From positions 2,599 to 66,598 of the forward strand of contig CAMZEB010000003.1 of NCBI GenBank assembly GCA_947305705.1: a DNA stretch of 64,000 nt. The letters are read 5' to 3'. Origin of the DNA: an uncultured Candidatus Saccharibacteria bacterium (GTDB taxonomy: Bacteria; Patescibacteriota; Saccharimonadia; Saccharimonadales; Saccharimonadaceae). Numbering within the stretch: position 1 is the first letter of the stretch; each line of letters starts with the position of its first letter. The translations under genes and the position numbers were made by a program. The notes beneath the pieces are model-generated. The model had not been told where the DNA came from. It did not search any database and worked only from the letters and a program-made list of their open reading frames with translations. Shown here in pieces: positions 34,268-42,752 of this stretch.

Positions 34268-35176
34268 TTATTGTATGATAATTATTCCTGCGACGCAAAG
34301 GACGACTGCTATGATATGCGCTATGACGACGTGGCGGTAGAGTTTTTCCCTGCCGAAGTTTGGCCAGATTATCGAGAAGATTATTCCTAATGTGAATGTG
34401 AGCACGAGCTGGGTGGCGTTTGTGATTGCACTTGCGATTGCTGCTACGCCCAAAACTAACCCGTAGCGGTAAACAAAATCCGCGAAGGCGCATAGCGACT
34501 GGTTGAGAATAACGGTGCTAATATATTTGCCAGGTGTTTTCTTGAGGACGTATTTGTGGCGTTTGCGATATTTCGGGATTAGGCCGATTAGACAATCTGT
34601 GAAGCCTCTGCCGAACAAATATAATACGAATACGATTTTGAAATCGATATTTGCACTTGAGCGGACGGCAATTTCGGCGGATACGGTTGCAATGAATACA
34701 TATAATACCAGCAACAAAGCGGCGTGCAGCGCGATGCTGCGACTTTTGCGGCGGTGCCGCGAGAAGATTACGATGATTGGTGCTAAAAGGATAATGAAGA
34801 AGCCTATGATCTGTTTTGGCGTGATTATGTCGCCAAAGATGATGCTGTCCGCTAGTAAAAACATAACAGGCTGGAGCTGGTAAAAAATAGTTGCGCCGGT
34901 TGCTTCTTCTTTTTCTAGCGCAGCGTAGTAGGCGATTGTTCCGATGGAGCTAAGGAGGCCCGATAAAAGCAGAAAGCCGGTCAGCGGCAAGCTCGGCAAT
35001 TGTATCTTGAAAATAATGCCTACAATAATGGCGATCGTCATATAGACCGGGCCGTTTAGAACTTTAATTCCCTGCGGCGTTTTGCCACGAAATATGACGT
35101 CAGTTTGGTAGTTATCGATGAAGGCACTGATGCTCCAAGTTAGAGCCGCGATTATACATAAAATTAGCCAAAGCAT
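34268..35176 (-). CDS. EamA/DMT-superfamily transporter
   Basis: Ten TM helices in two EamA-like halves. The listed TTG at 35206 was replaced by the ATG at 35176, 7 nt downstream of TATAAT (35184..35189). Confidence 0.65.
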   Translation of the reverse strand: MLWLILCIIAALTWSISAFIDNYQTDVIFRGKTPQGIKVLNGPVYMTIAIIVGIIFKIQLPSLPLTGFLLLSGLLSSIGTIAYYAALEKEEATGATIFYQLQPVMFLLADSIIFGDIITPKQIIGFFIILLAPIIVIFSRHRRKSRSIALHAALLLVLYVFIATVSAEIAVRSSANIDFKIVFVLYLFGRGFTDCLIGLIPKYRKRHKYVLKKTPGKYISTVILNQSLCAFADFVYRYGLVLGVAAIASAITNATQLVLTFTLGIIFSIIWPNFGREKLYRHVVIAHIIAVVLCVAGIIIIQ

Positions 35177-35197
35177 TAGCATTATTATACACGATTT

Positions 35198-37204
35198 ATG
35201 ATACAATTAGGTTATGCTAATGTGGGCATCTATATGAGTTTGTTTGGCAATTTATTCCGCAAGCCAAAGACTGATGCTGTTTTTGATGTCGTTTCGCCAA
35301 ATAAACGTTTAGTGCTTTCGTTTTTGCTCGATCGTGGAGAGATTTCGTATTTCGTAAGTAAGGATGACAAGATTATTCTTCGCAAATCGAAGCTTGGTAT
35401 TGCGTTGAAGGACGCGCAGCCTTTGACTGATCATTTTGCCGTTGTGCGTACTTATTCGCGCTCAGTTGATGAAAGTTGGACTGCGTATTGGGGTGAGCAG
35501 CACGAGATTCGCAATAATTATAATGAACTTGCGGTTTATCTTGAAGAGATCGTCCGTCCGAAGCGTATTATGACGATTCGCTTTAGAGTGTTTGATGACG
35601 GCGTGGCTTTTCGGTATGAGATTCCGGCTCAGCCAGAGATGGAAAATATGATTGTCGAGGATGAGTTGACGGAGTTTTCGGTTGATACGAATTCTAAGTC
35701 TTGGAGTATTCCTGCTTACCAGCCAGATCGTTATGAATATAACTATATTGAGCGTCCTGTTTTCTCTTTGACCGAATCGGTACATACGCCACTGACGATA
35801 CAGACGACTTCTGGACATTTTATTTCGATTCACGAAGCTGCGTTATATAACTATGGCTCGATGACAATCAAGCTCAGTAATTCATCTCTAAAATCTGATA
35901 TTACGCCTCTCTCTGACGGTATGCGCGCATATGTGGAGCTTCCATTTTCGACGCCTTGGAGAACGATTCAGGTTGCGCACGATGCTTTGGATTTGACTAC
36001 ATCGCGTATGATTTTGAATTTGAACGAGCCGCCAAAAGGTGACTTTTCTTGGGTCCAGCCAACGAAGTTTCTTGGTATCTGGTGGGCAATGTTTGTTGGC
36101 GAATGGACTTGGGCCCCTGGCGAGCGTCATGGTGCAACTACGGAACACGCATTCCAATATATTGATTATTGTCGTAGGCTTGGTATTACTGCCCTCTTGA
36201 TAGAAGGTTGGAATGATGGTTGGGAAGGCGATTGGCTCGAAAATGGTATAAATAATAAATTTATGGTAGCGACGCAGGATTTTGATTTAGATGCGATTAC
36301 GAATTATGCGCACCAAAATGGCGTTGAATTAGTTGGACACCACGAAACGGTTGGTTTTATTGATAATTATGAAGACCAGCTAGAGGATGCTTATAAGTTC
36401 TTAACGCAACACGGCATTCGTTATGTAAAATCTGGCTATGCTGGCTCAAAGATGACGATTAACGGGCGTCGTGAATTTCATCATTCGCAGCTTGGCGTCT
36501 TGCATTATCAGAGGGCTCTAGAACTTGCGGCGAAGTATCACATTATGCTTGACGTGCACGAACCAATCAAAGGCACTGGCATCGAGCGTACGTGGCCGAA
36601 TTTGATGACACGCGAAGGTGCTCGTGGTCAGGAATATGAAGGTGGTGCTCTGGAACCGTCTCACGCTTGTTTCTTGCCATATACGCGTCTTCTTTCGGGC
36701 GGTATGGATTACACGCCAGGAATATTTGATATTGCTAATTTCTCGAAGCGTCTTGCCTCGACTTTGACCCGCCAGCTTGCGTACTATGTTACTATTTATT
36801 CTTCGATGCAGATGGCGGCTGATCGACCTCAGTTCTATGCTGATACCTATCCAGATTTGTTCCAATTTATTCGTGATGTTCCTTCTCGTTTCGAGCAGAC
36901 AATTCCTTTGCTTGGCGAGATCGGCAAGAGCTATGTTGTTGCTCGTCAGGGTTGGGAGTCGAATGATTGGTTTATCGGCGGCGTTACGAACGAAGAGGGG
37001 CGTCGAGTTCAGCTTTATCTAGATTTTCTTGACAATGGTGCGAATTACGTCGCAACGATTTATCGTGATTCGGATGATGCGCACTACCGCGACCATCAGT
37101 TGGGCTATGTAATCGAAGAAAAAGTCCTTCGCCGTGGTGACAAGCTTGAAGTGTATATGGCACCTGGCGGCGGTTTTGCAGTAAAGCTTCAAAAGCAACA
37201 ATAA
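35198..37204 (+). CDS. glycoside hydrolase family 97 (alpha-glucosidase/alpha-galactosidase type), no signal peptide
   Basis: RFRVFDDGVAFRYEIP, LLIEGWNDGWEGDW and a GH97-like length. Start may be 35234. Confidence 0.6.
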   Translation: MIQLGYANVGIYMSLFGNLFRKPKTDAVFDVVSPNKRLVLSFLLDRGEISYFVSKDDKIILRKSKLGIALKDAQPLTDHFAVVRTYSRSVDESWTAYWGEQHEIRNNYNELAVYLEEIVRPKRIMTIRFRVFDDGVAFRYEIPAQPEMENMIVEDELTEFSVDTNSKSWSIPAYQPDRYEYNYIERPVFSLTESVHTPLTIQTTSGHFISIHEAALYNYGSMTIKLSNSSLKSDITPLSDGMRAYVELPFSTPWRTIQVAHDALDLTTSRMILNLNEPPKGDFSWVQPTKFLGIWWAMFVGEWTWAPGERHGATTEHAFQYIDYCRRLGITALLIEGWNDGWEGDWLENGINNKFMVATQDFDLDAITNYAHQNGVELVGHHETVGFIDNYEDQLEDAYKFLTQHGIRYVKSGYAGSKMTINGRREFHHSQLGVLHYQRALELAAKYHIMLDVHEPIKGTGIERTWPNLMTREGARGQEYEGGALEPSHACFLPYTRLLSGGMDYTPGIFDIANFSKRLASTLTRQLAYYVTIYSSMQMAADRPQFYADTYPDLFQFIRDVPSRFEQTIPLLGEIGKSYVVARQGWESNDWFIGGVTNEEGRRVQLYLDFLDNGANYVATIYRDSDDAHYRDHQLGYVIEEKVLRRGDKLEVYMAPGGGFAVKLQKQQ

Positions 37205-37561
37205 TTAATCTAGTTTGAGTGTGATTATCGTGTCGTAGCCGAAGCGGGCGCGGACTTCGTAGCCTTGCTCGCGGAGCGATTCTACTTCTGTTGGCGTAAG
37301 GGTATTCTTGGCGGAATATCGAATACTGTAACGATTGCCCGTTTGACTTAGAGTGATTTTGTCTCCTTCTGAGCAGGATTTTAGGGCGCGTTTGATTTCT
37401 TTTGAATAAAAAGCCTCTAGTTTTTCGACGTCTGTAATTCTCGTAGTTAAATCATTGATGTCGAGGTTGACGCTAATTTTGCGACGTTCGCATTTTGCGA
37501 TGAGTTCTTGGTAGATAGGCGAAATAATATCGATCAGCTTTGTCATAAGCATATTATACAC
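37205..37561 (-). CDS. hypothetical protein (118 aa)
   Basis: GTG start overlapping the upstream gene by 8 nt. No family recognised. Confidence 0.45.
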   Translation of the reverse strand: MYNMLMTKLIDIISPIYQELIAKCERRKISVNLDINDLTTRITDVEKLEAFYSKEIKRALKSCSEGDKITLSQTGNRYSIRYSAKNTLTPTEVESLREQGYEVRARFGYDTIITLKLD

Positions 37562-38102
37562 CAGGCGAGAATTGTTTGAGTTGCTCGCGGTGTCGTTTGT
37601 AGAGCGGGTCGTGCGATGCGACTTCGCGCCAAAATTCGTTTGAATGATCCATATGATTGATGTGTGCTAATTCGTGGATGATAACATAATCGCGAAGTGG
37701 TTCTGGTACTTTCATCAGTCCAATATTTAGTGAGATAGTGCCAGACGAAGAGCGGCTGCCCCAGCGAGTATTTGCGTGCGATAGACGTATTCCGGAGTAA
37801 TGATAGCCGTATTTTGTTGCCCAGAATTCTAGACGATAAGGTAAGTATTCGCGGGCTTTCTTGGCTAGGATTTTTTTCTGCGCATCTCTTGCGCGTTGAG
37901 TTGAGGGGTCTTTGACTGGGAGTTTCTGGGATATTTCTTTTCGCATAGAGTTTAAGAATCGTTTGGCAAGAAAATCAGAAGTGCCCGTCGGGACCGTAAT
38001 CGTGAGTTTGCCTGACGTGGCGACGGAAAATTTTGCACGGCTCGACCAAGCGCTACGACGCACAACGACTTCGCCAAAATCTTTGTCATTGAAACTCGAC
38101 AT
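37554..38102 (-). CDS. YgjP/DUF45 (M48-like) metal-dependent hydrolase
   Basis: HELAHINHMDHS zinc motif and family-typical length. Confidence 0.7.
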   Translation of the reverse strand: MSSFNDKDFGEVVVRRSAWSSRAKFSVATSGKLTITVPTGTSDFLAKRFLNSMRKEISQKLPVKDPSTQRARDAQKKILAKKAREYLPYRLEFWATKYGYHYSGIRLSHANTRWGSRSSSGTISLNIGLMKVPEPLRDYVIIHELAHINHMDHSNEFWREVASHDPLYKRHREQLKQFSPGV

Positions 38103-38111
38103 TAAGTTATT

Positions 38112-38816
38112 TTATCTGATACGTTTGCTTTTTGCAATTTTGAGGAGGCTTGAGTTGGCAATTAGGACTTGGCTTGGGTAATAGAAAACCCAGACGAGGA
38201 ATGATGTGACTGGTATTAGTGCGAGTGGCAGGACGCCGTCGAGTGCCATAAAACGTAGCGCAACGCAGAGATCGCAGCAAAAGAAGGCGATAAAACCATA
38301 GCAGGCGCAGCGAGTTTGATAGTGAGTTTTGTTTTTGCGGTAGTTGCTTATAGACATCCAAATATTACAAATAAGCTCGATACCATAAACCGTTGCAATG
38401 GCGTAGATTGGTTTCATTCCGTAAACGATATTGATTGCGAAAAATAGGCTCAGAATGAGTGTATATACGCCCAAGGTGCTGTTAGGCAGCTTCGTAAGTC
38501 TTGTTAAGTGTAGAAATTGCGCAATACAAAAGATATATACGCCAGCAATCGCATAGGGCGTCCAAACGAGAATTGTGTCTGCGAGAAATGTAAATAATAG
38601 TGCTAACTGAAGATTGTAATCTTTGCTATATTTTTGGTTCGCATAGACGATACATAGAAAAATGCCGATGTATTTGAGTAGGGCTGAGCCCAAGAAGTTC
38701 GGCAAAATAATATCAAGAATCAAAAACGTGACATAAATTGCAATCCAGATGATTAGCCAGCGGATATCGGCATAGGAAAGGCGCCGGTAATCCTTCCACC
38801 AGGTTGGCGTACGCAT
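38112..38816 (-). CDS. YhhN-family (lysoplasmalogenase-like) membrane protein
   Basis: 7-8 TM helices. FLADTILVW and FCIAQFLH resemble the YhhN GD..L and H motifs. Confidence 0.45.
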   Translation of the reverse strand: MRTPTWWKDYRRLSYADIRWLIIWIAIYVTFLILDIILPNFLGSALLKYIGIFLCIVYANQKYSKDYNLQLALLFTFLADTILVWTPYAIAGVYIFCIAQFLHLTRLTKLPNSTLGVYTLILSLFFAINIVYGMKPIYAIATVYGIELICNIWMSISNYRKNKTHYQTRCACYGFIAFFCCDLCVALRFMALDGVLPLALIPVTSFLVWVFYYPSQVLIANSSLLKIAKSKRIR

Positions 38817-38820
38817 ATGT

Positions 38821-39525
38821 TTATTTTACTATTTTTTGAGGGTTTTGGACAAGTAGTGCGCTGATTTCGGAATCTGTGTAGTATCTTTTGAGCTTGTTCT
38901 GGGCTTTTTTGATTTCAGAATAACCGCGTGGGCGATGGATGTCGGTGCCGAAGCAGAATACCGCTTTTTCTTTGATGAGCTTTTTCGCGGCTTTTTTAGC
39001 TTTGGCACCATACTGCCCGATAATACTTCCGAGATTGCACTGAAGTAAGATGTCGTTTGTTTGTAGGCTTAGTGCTTTATTGATGTCTTTTTGGAAACTA
39101 TGGTAGCGTTCTGGATGCGCTAGGATTACCTTCCAGCCTTTTTGCTTGAGTTCGAGCAGGATATCTTCGTATTGTTCGAATTCGCCACTCATAGGCAACT
39201 CAACGAGCAGGTATTTCGTCTGATTGAGTGAGGTTATTTTCTTGGCGCTAAGGAGCTTTGCGATTTTTAGGTCGATATATATTTCGTTGCCGAGATGTAG
39301 ATTGATTTTAACGCCCTCTTTTGCGGCTGCTTTTTTGAGTTCTTGGAAAATCTTTTTGTTTGCGGCGAAAGAGCTGGTTTGCTTCGTCTCTGGTATGTAA
39401 TGTGGGGTACAGATTAGATCTGTAATGCCCTGCGATTCTAGGCCACGCAAAATCTCGAGGCTCATCGCCATATTTTTTGAGCCGTCATCTATTCCCGGTA
39501 AGACGTGGGAATGGATGTCGATCAT
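38821..39525 (-). CDS. cpsB: PHP-family protein-tyrosine phosphatase CpsB/YwqE
   Basis: MIDIHSHVLPGIDDG, CTPH, AHPERY and GTDIH motifs. Confidence 0.85.
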   Translation of the reverse strand: MIDIHSHVLPGIDDGSKNMAMSLEILRGLESQGITDLICTPHYIPETKQTSSFAANKKIFQELKKAAAKEGVKINLHLGNEIYIDLKIAKLLSAKKITSLNQTKYLLVELPMSGEFEQYEDILLELKQKGWKVILAHPERYHSFQKDINKALSLQTNDILLQCNLGSIIGQYGAKAKKAAKKLIKEKAVFCFGTDIHRPRGYSEIKKAQNKLKRYYTDSEISALLVQNPQKIVK

Positions 39526-40877
39526 TATTTTTTATCCCCGTAATAACTGTAGTATTTTGCAATTTTTCTGTTAACGCCGTTTAGGACTACGCCAGCGATG
39601 TGCGCGTTGACTTTTTCAAGGCTTTCGCGCGTGCTGTCGAGCGTGTTCTTTGGCGTGCAGCCGTCTTTTACGACGACTAGGGTTTCATCGACTAGTGTCG
39701 ACATAATTACAGAGTCGGTTACGCCGTTGCATGGTGCGCCATCGAATATAACGATGTCATACTTGTCTTTTAGTGCAGACACTAGGTCTTTGCACTTTTT
39801 AGATGAAAGAAGTTCACTTGGGTTTGGCGGATAGACGCCACGAGTAATAATGCTGAGGTTTTTGATGTCAGTCTTGCTGATATATTTTTTCAAGTTTGTA
39901 ATGCTATCGGTTAGGAGCGTCGAGAAACCGTTGAGGTTTGGTATACCGAATATCTTATGGAGACGGCCTTTGCGTAAATCACAGTCGACAAGAAGGACTT
40001 TTTTGTTTGCTTGGGCGAAGCTTACGGCGAGGTTAGAAGCAGTGAAACTCTTACCTTCGGATGCGTTCGAACTCGTAATGAGGATAGTCTTGAAACCATC
40101 ATCAACGGAGCTAAATTGTAGATTCGTACGAAGAGCTTTTATGCTTTCGCTGACAATGGATTTTGGATAGCGGTCGACCAGTAATTCGTCTTTTTCGCTG
40201 CGGGTTTTGATGTCGGATTTGATGATTTTACCAGCGATTGGGAGCTTGATGCGTTTTTCGACGTCTTCGCCGTATTTTACAGTATCGTCAAAGTAATAAA
40301 TAATAAATGCAATTGCCGTTACGCCGAAAATTGCGATAAGTGCAGCAATTAGACCGTCGCGAATCGTCGTATCGTTGCTGACTTTGTCGGGTACGCGTGC
40401 GGTATCGATCGTATTGACGTTGTTAAGTTTGTAGATATTTACGATTTCTTTTTTGAAGATGTTAGCGATTTCGTTTGCGATTTGGGCGGCAACTTCTGGA
40501 TTCCCGTCTTCTACGCTGATGCGTAGGATTTCCGTGTCGTCTACGGCTGTGACAGAGACGTGTTTGCTAAGTTTTTCGGCAGTCGTATTTAGGCCGAGGT
40601 TCTCGATAGCTTGGTTGAGAATCAGTTTACTCTTTACAATCTCAGAGTAGGTCGAAACAAGCTTTTGGCTAATATTGATATCATTCAATGTAGTAGATGC
40701 TGCGTTTTCGGAATTTCTTTGTGCTAGCACGACTGTCGTGCTAGTCTTGTACATTGGAACTTTTATACAGAGGTTATAAAAAACACTTGCGCCACTTGCA
40801 AGAATTGCCGCTACGATTATCGGAATGATGAATTTCTTGAGGTAGCCCAGGAAATCCTTGATGTCTATTTCTTCCAT
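39525..40877 (-). CDS. fused Wzz chain-length determinant / BY-tyrosine autokinase (CpsC-CpsD type)
   Basis: Two TM helices flank a Wzz domain. Walker A SSNASEGKS, Walker B VVFDGAP-like, C-terminal Tyr cluster YYSYYG. Confidence 0.85.
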   Translation of the reverse strand: MEEIDIKDFLGYLKKFIIPIIVAAILASGASVFYNLCIKVPMYKTSTTVVLAQRNSENAASTTLNDINISQKLVSTYSEIVKSKLILNQAIENLGLNTTAEKLSKHVSVTAVDDTEILRISVEDGNPEVAAQIANEIANIFKKEIVNIYKLNNVNTIDTARVPDKVSNDTTIRDGLIAALIAIFGVTAIAFIIYYFDDTVKYGEDVEKRIKLPIAGKIIKSDIKTRSEKDELLVDRYPKSIVSESIKALRTNLQFSSVDDGFKTILITSSNASEGKSFTASNLAVSFAQANKKVLLVDCDLRKGRLHKIFGIPNLNGFSTLLTDSITNLKKYISKTDIKNLSIITRGVYPPNPSELLSSKKCKDLVSALKDKYDIVIFDGAPCNGVTDSVIMSTLVDETLVVVKDGCTPKNTLDSTRESLEKVNAHIAGVVLNGVNRKIAKYYSYYGDKK

Positions 40878-40950
40878 TAAAAATCGCTCCCTTTAGAACA
40901 TTTTATTGAAATATTACTATTATTATAGCACATTTGACTGAATAATGCAA

Positions 40951-42483
40951 CTATTCTTTACCGGCTGTATCTTGTTTGAGATATTCGCTGATTTTTGCTT
41001 TTGCAGCATCTATAGTGCTTTGAGATGGCAACATAACATATAGCTTGCGTGAACCCATTGAATAGGTTGGAAGCATAGCGCCTGTGCCATCGAGAGAGAT
41101 TGATTCGACTGACCATTTTTTGAGCTCTGCGAGCTGGTAGCGCATAAAATCGGTGATTTCTTCGTAGGTTAGATTAGTTTCAAAGCTGCCTTTTGCTGCG
41201 TCAAGAATATCTGCCCAACGGGTTAGATAGTGCGGATCGGAAACTTTTTGGATTAGTTTCGTGATGACCTGTTGCTGGTTTTCGCCACGATGACGGTCGC
41301 CAGTTGCGTAAGCGTAGCGTTCACGTGCGAATGCGAGCGCACAGGCGCTGTCGATATGCTGGGTGCCTTTTATGAATTTGCAGGATTTATTTGAATGTGC
41401 GGTAAAAGCTTGATCTGAATCAATATCGATGCCGCCAACTTTATCGACGACTTTAATAACGGTGCTGAAGCCGACTTTGAGGGTGTAGTTGATATTTACG
41501 TCAAGAAGATCAGCGATTGTGTTTTTACTCATTTCTGTGCCGTAAATTCCAGCGTGAGTCAGTTTGTCTTTCGTACCTGTTGTACCGTGGAGCTGGACGT
41601 AGTAATCTCTTGGAATCGAGACGAGGAGAATTTTTGACTCTTTCGGATTGACGACCGCGACGATATTAACGTCACTGCGTGCAGTATCATTGATGCCGAT
41701 ACGCGAGTCGCTTCCAGATATGTATATGATAAATGGTTCAGTTGCGACATTGACACGCTTTACGTCTTTTTCTTTGTCGATGCGAACTTCGAAGCTATAG
41801 ATTATCTTAGTTTTCTCGATGAACTCCGCGTCGTTCTCTTCTAGGAATTCTAGATAGCTGTCGGTTAGAGTGATCGCAGATACTTTGTAATCGTTGATGC
41901 CGGCGATAAGATTGCCGAGTTCGTCGTATTTTTTCTCGGTGAAGTTGATAGTATTTTTTAGTGTAGATACGGTATTGCCGTAATTCGGGTTATTGCTCAA
42001 GAAACCGATATGCTGAGTATTAAGCTGTTTTATATCATTATATTGGCCGCTTTTGAGGACTAGAACCTTGTAGGTTTGAGTTTCGTAGCGAGCGCCAGTG
42101 ATACTTTCGATAAACGAAACGGCGTTGCGGACGTAGCGGAAGCCGATAGATGTGCTGATGGTGACCAGGATGCTGATAACTAAGACAGCGATTTTTGTCA
42201 TACTTTTTGCTTTTTTGCTAATTATGAGCTTAAAGACAGTAAGTGCTTCAAGTAGAATTAAAACGATGGTTACGAGCGTAATTTGCCAGCCTTGGAGGAG
42301 GCTTAGTTTCTTTAGTGCGGAAATGAACGCTATACTCGTGATAAGCTGGACTGATGCAAGAATTACAGGGATAATCACGCGCGAAAATTTGCCGGCATTT
42401 TTTGTTTCGGCTTGGTTTGCCTTTTTGGCAGTTTTATGGATCTTTTTCGTGGTTTTGCTTGGTTTCGCAATATTCTTTGACAT
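40951..42483 (-). CDS. LytR-CpsA-Psr (LCP) family phosphotransferase
   Basis: N-terminal TM helices plus LCP core (YISGSDSR, LLVSIPRDYYV, RERYAYATGDRHRGENQQ). Confidence 0.8.
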   Translation of the reverse strand: MSKNIAKPSKTTKKIHKTAKKANQAETKNAGKFSRVIIPVILASVQLITSIAFISALKKLSLLQGWQITLVTIVLILLEALTVFKLIISKKAKSMTKIAVLVISILVTISTSIGFRYVRNAVSFIESITGARYETQTYKVLVLKSGQYNDIKQLNTQHIGFLSNNPNYGNTVSTLKNTINFTEKKYDELGNLIAGINDYKVSAITLTDSYLEFLEENDAEFIEKTKIIYSFEVRIDKEKDVKRVNVATEPFIIYISGSDSRIGINDTARSDVNIVAVVNPKESKILLVSIPRDYYVQLHGTTGTKDKLTHAGIYGTEMSKNTIADLLDVNINYTLKVGFSTVIKVVDKVGGIDIDSDQAFTAHSNKSCKFIKGTQHIDSACALAFARERYAYATGDRHRGENQQQVITKLIQKVSDPHYLTRWADILDAAKGSFETNLTYEEITDFMRYQLAELKKWSVESISLDGTGAMLPTYSMGSRKLYVMLPSQSTIDAAKAKISEYLKQDTAGKE

Positions 42484-42489
42484 ATTTCA

Positions 42490-42495
42490 ATTATA
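42490..42495 (-). promoter_or_regulatory. -10 TATAAT, N6 to the LCP ATG (leaderless)
   Basis: attata lies 6 nt from the start at 42483. Confidence 0.45.
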
Positions 42496-42570
42496 GTAGC
42501 ATAATTCTTTATTTTCTGCAACTATTCGGCTCCTACCTCGGACGAACTACGGTTCTCCTCCTACTACCAT

Positions 42571-42592
42571 AAAAAATACGAGCTTGCGCTCG
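42571..42592 (-). terminator. weak terminator after tRNA-Tyr
   Basis: 5-bp cgagc/gctcg stem followed by tatttttt on the minus strand. Confidence 0.4.
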
Positions 42593-42598
42593 ATTTTT

Positions 42599-42684
42599 TG
42601 GTGCTGGGAGTAGGAGTCGAACCTACGAAGGCCGAAGCCGGCAGATTTACAGTCTGATGCGTTTGACCACTTCGCTATCCCAGC
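42599..42684 (-). tRNA. tRNA-Tyr (anticodon GUA), long variable arm, CCA encoded
   Basis: Reverse complement folds as a class II tRNA. Anticodon loop ctGTAaa, T-loop ggttcgactcc. Confidence 0.85.
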
Positions 42685-42693
42685 GATAGATAT

Positions 42694-42702
42694 ATATTAG
42701 CA
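42694..42702 (-). promoter_or_regulatory. extended -10 (TGCTAATAT) 9 nt upstream of the tRNA-Tyr 5' end
   Basis: atattagca on the plus strand. Confidence 0.45.
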
Positions 42703-42752
42703 TGATTGGATTGTTTTGGAAAGATTTTTAAATATTATCTATCTTGGGATAG

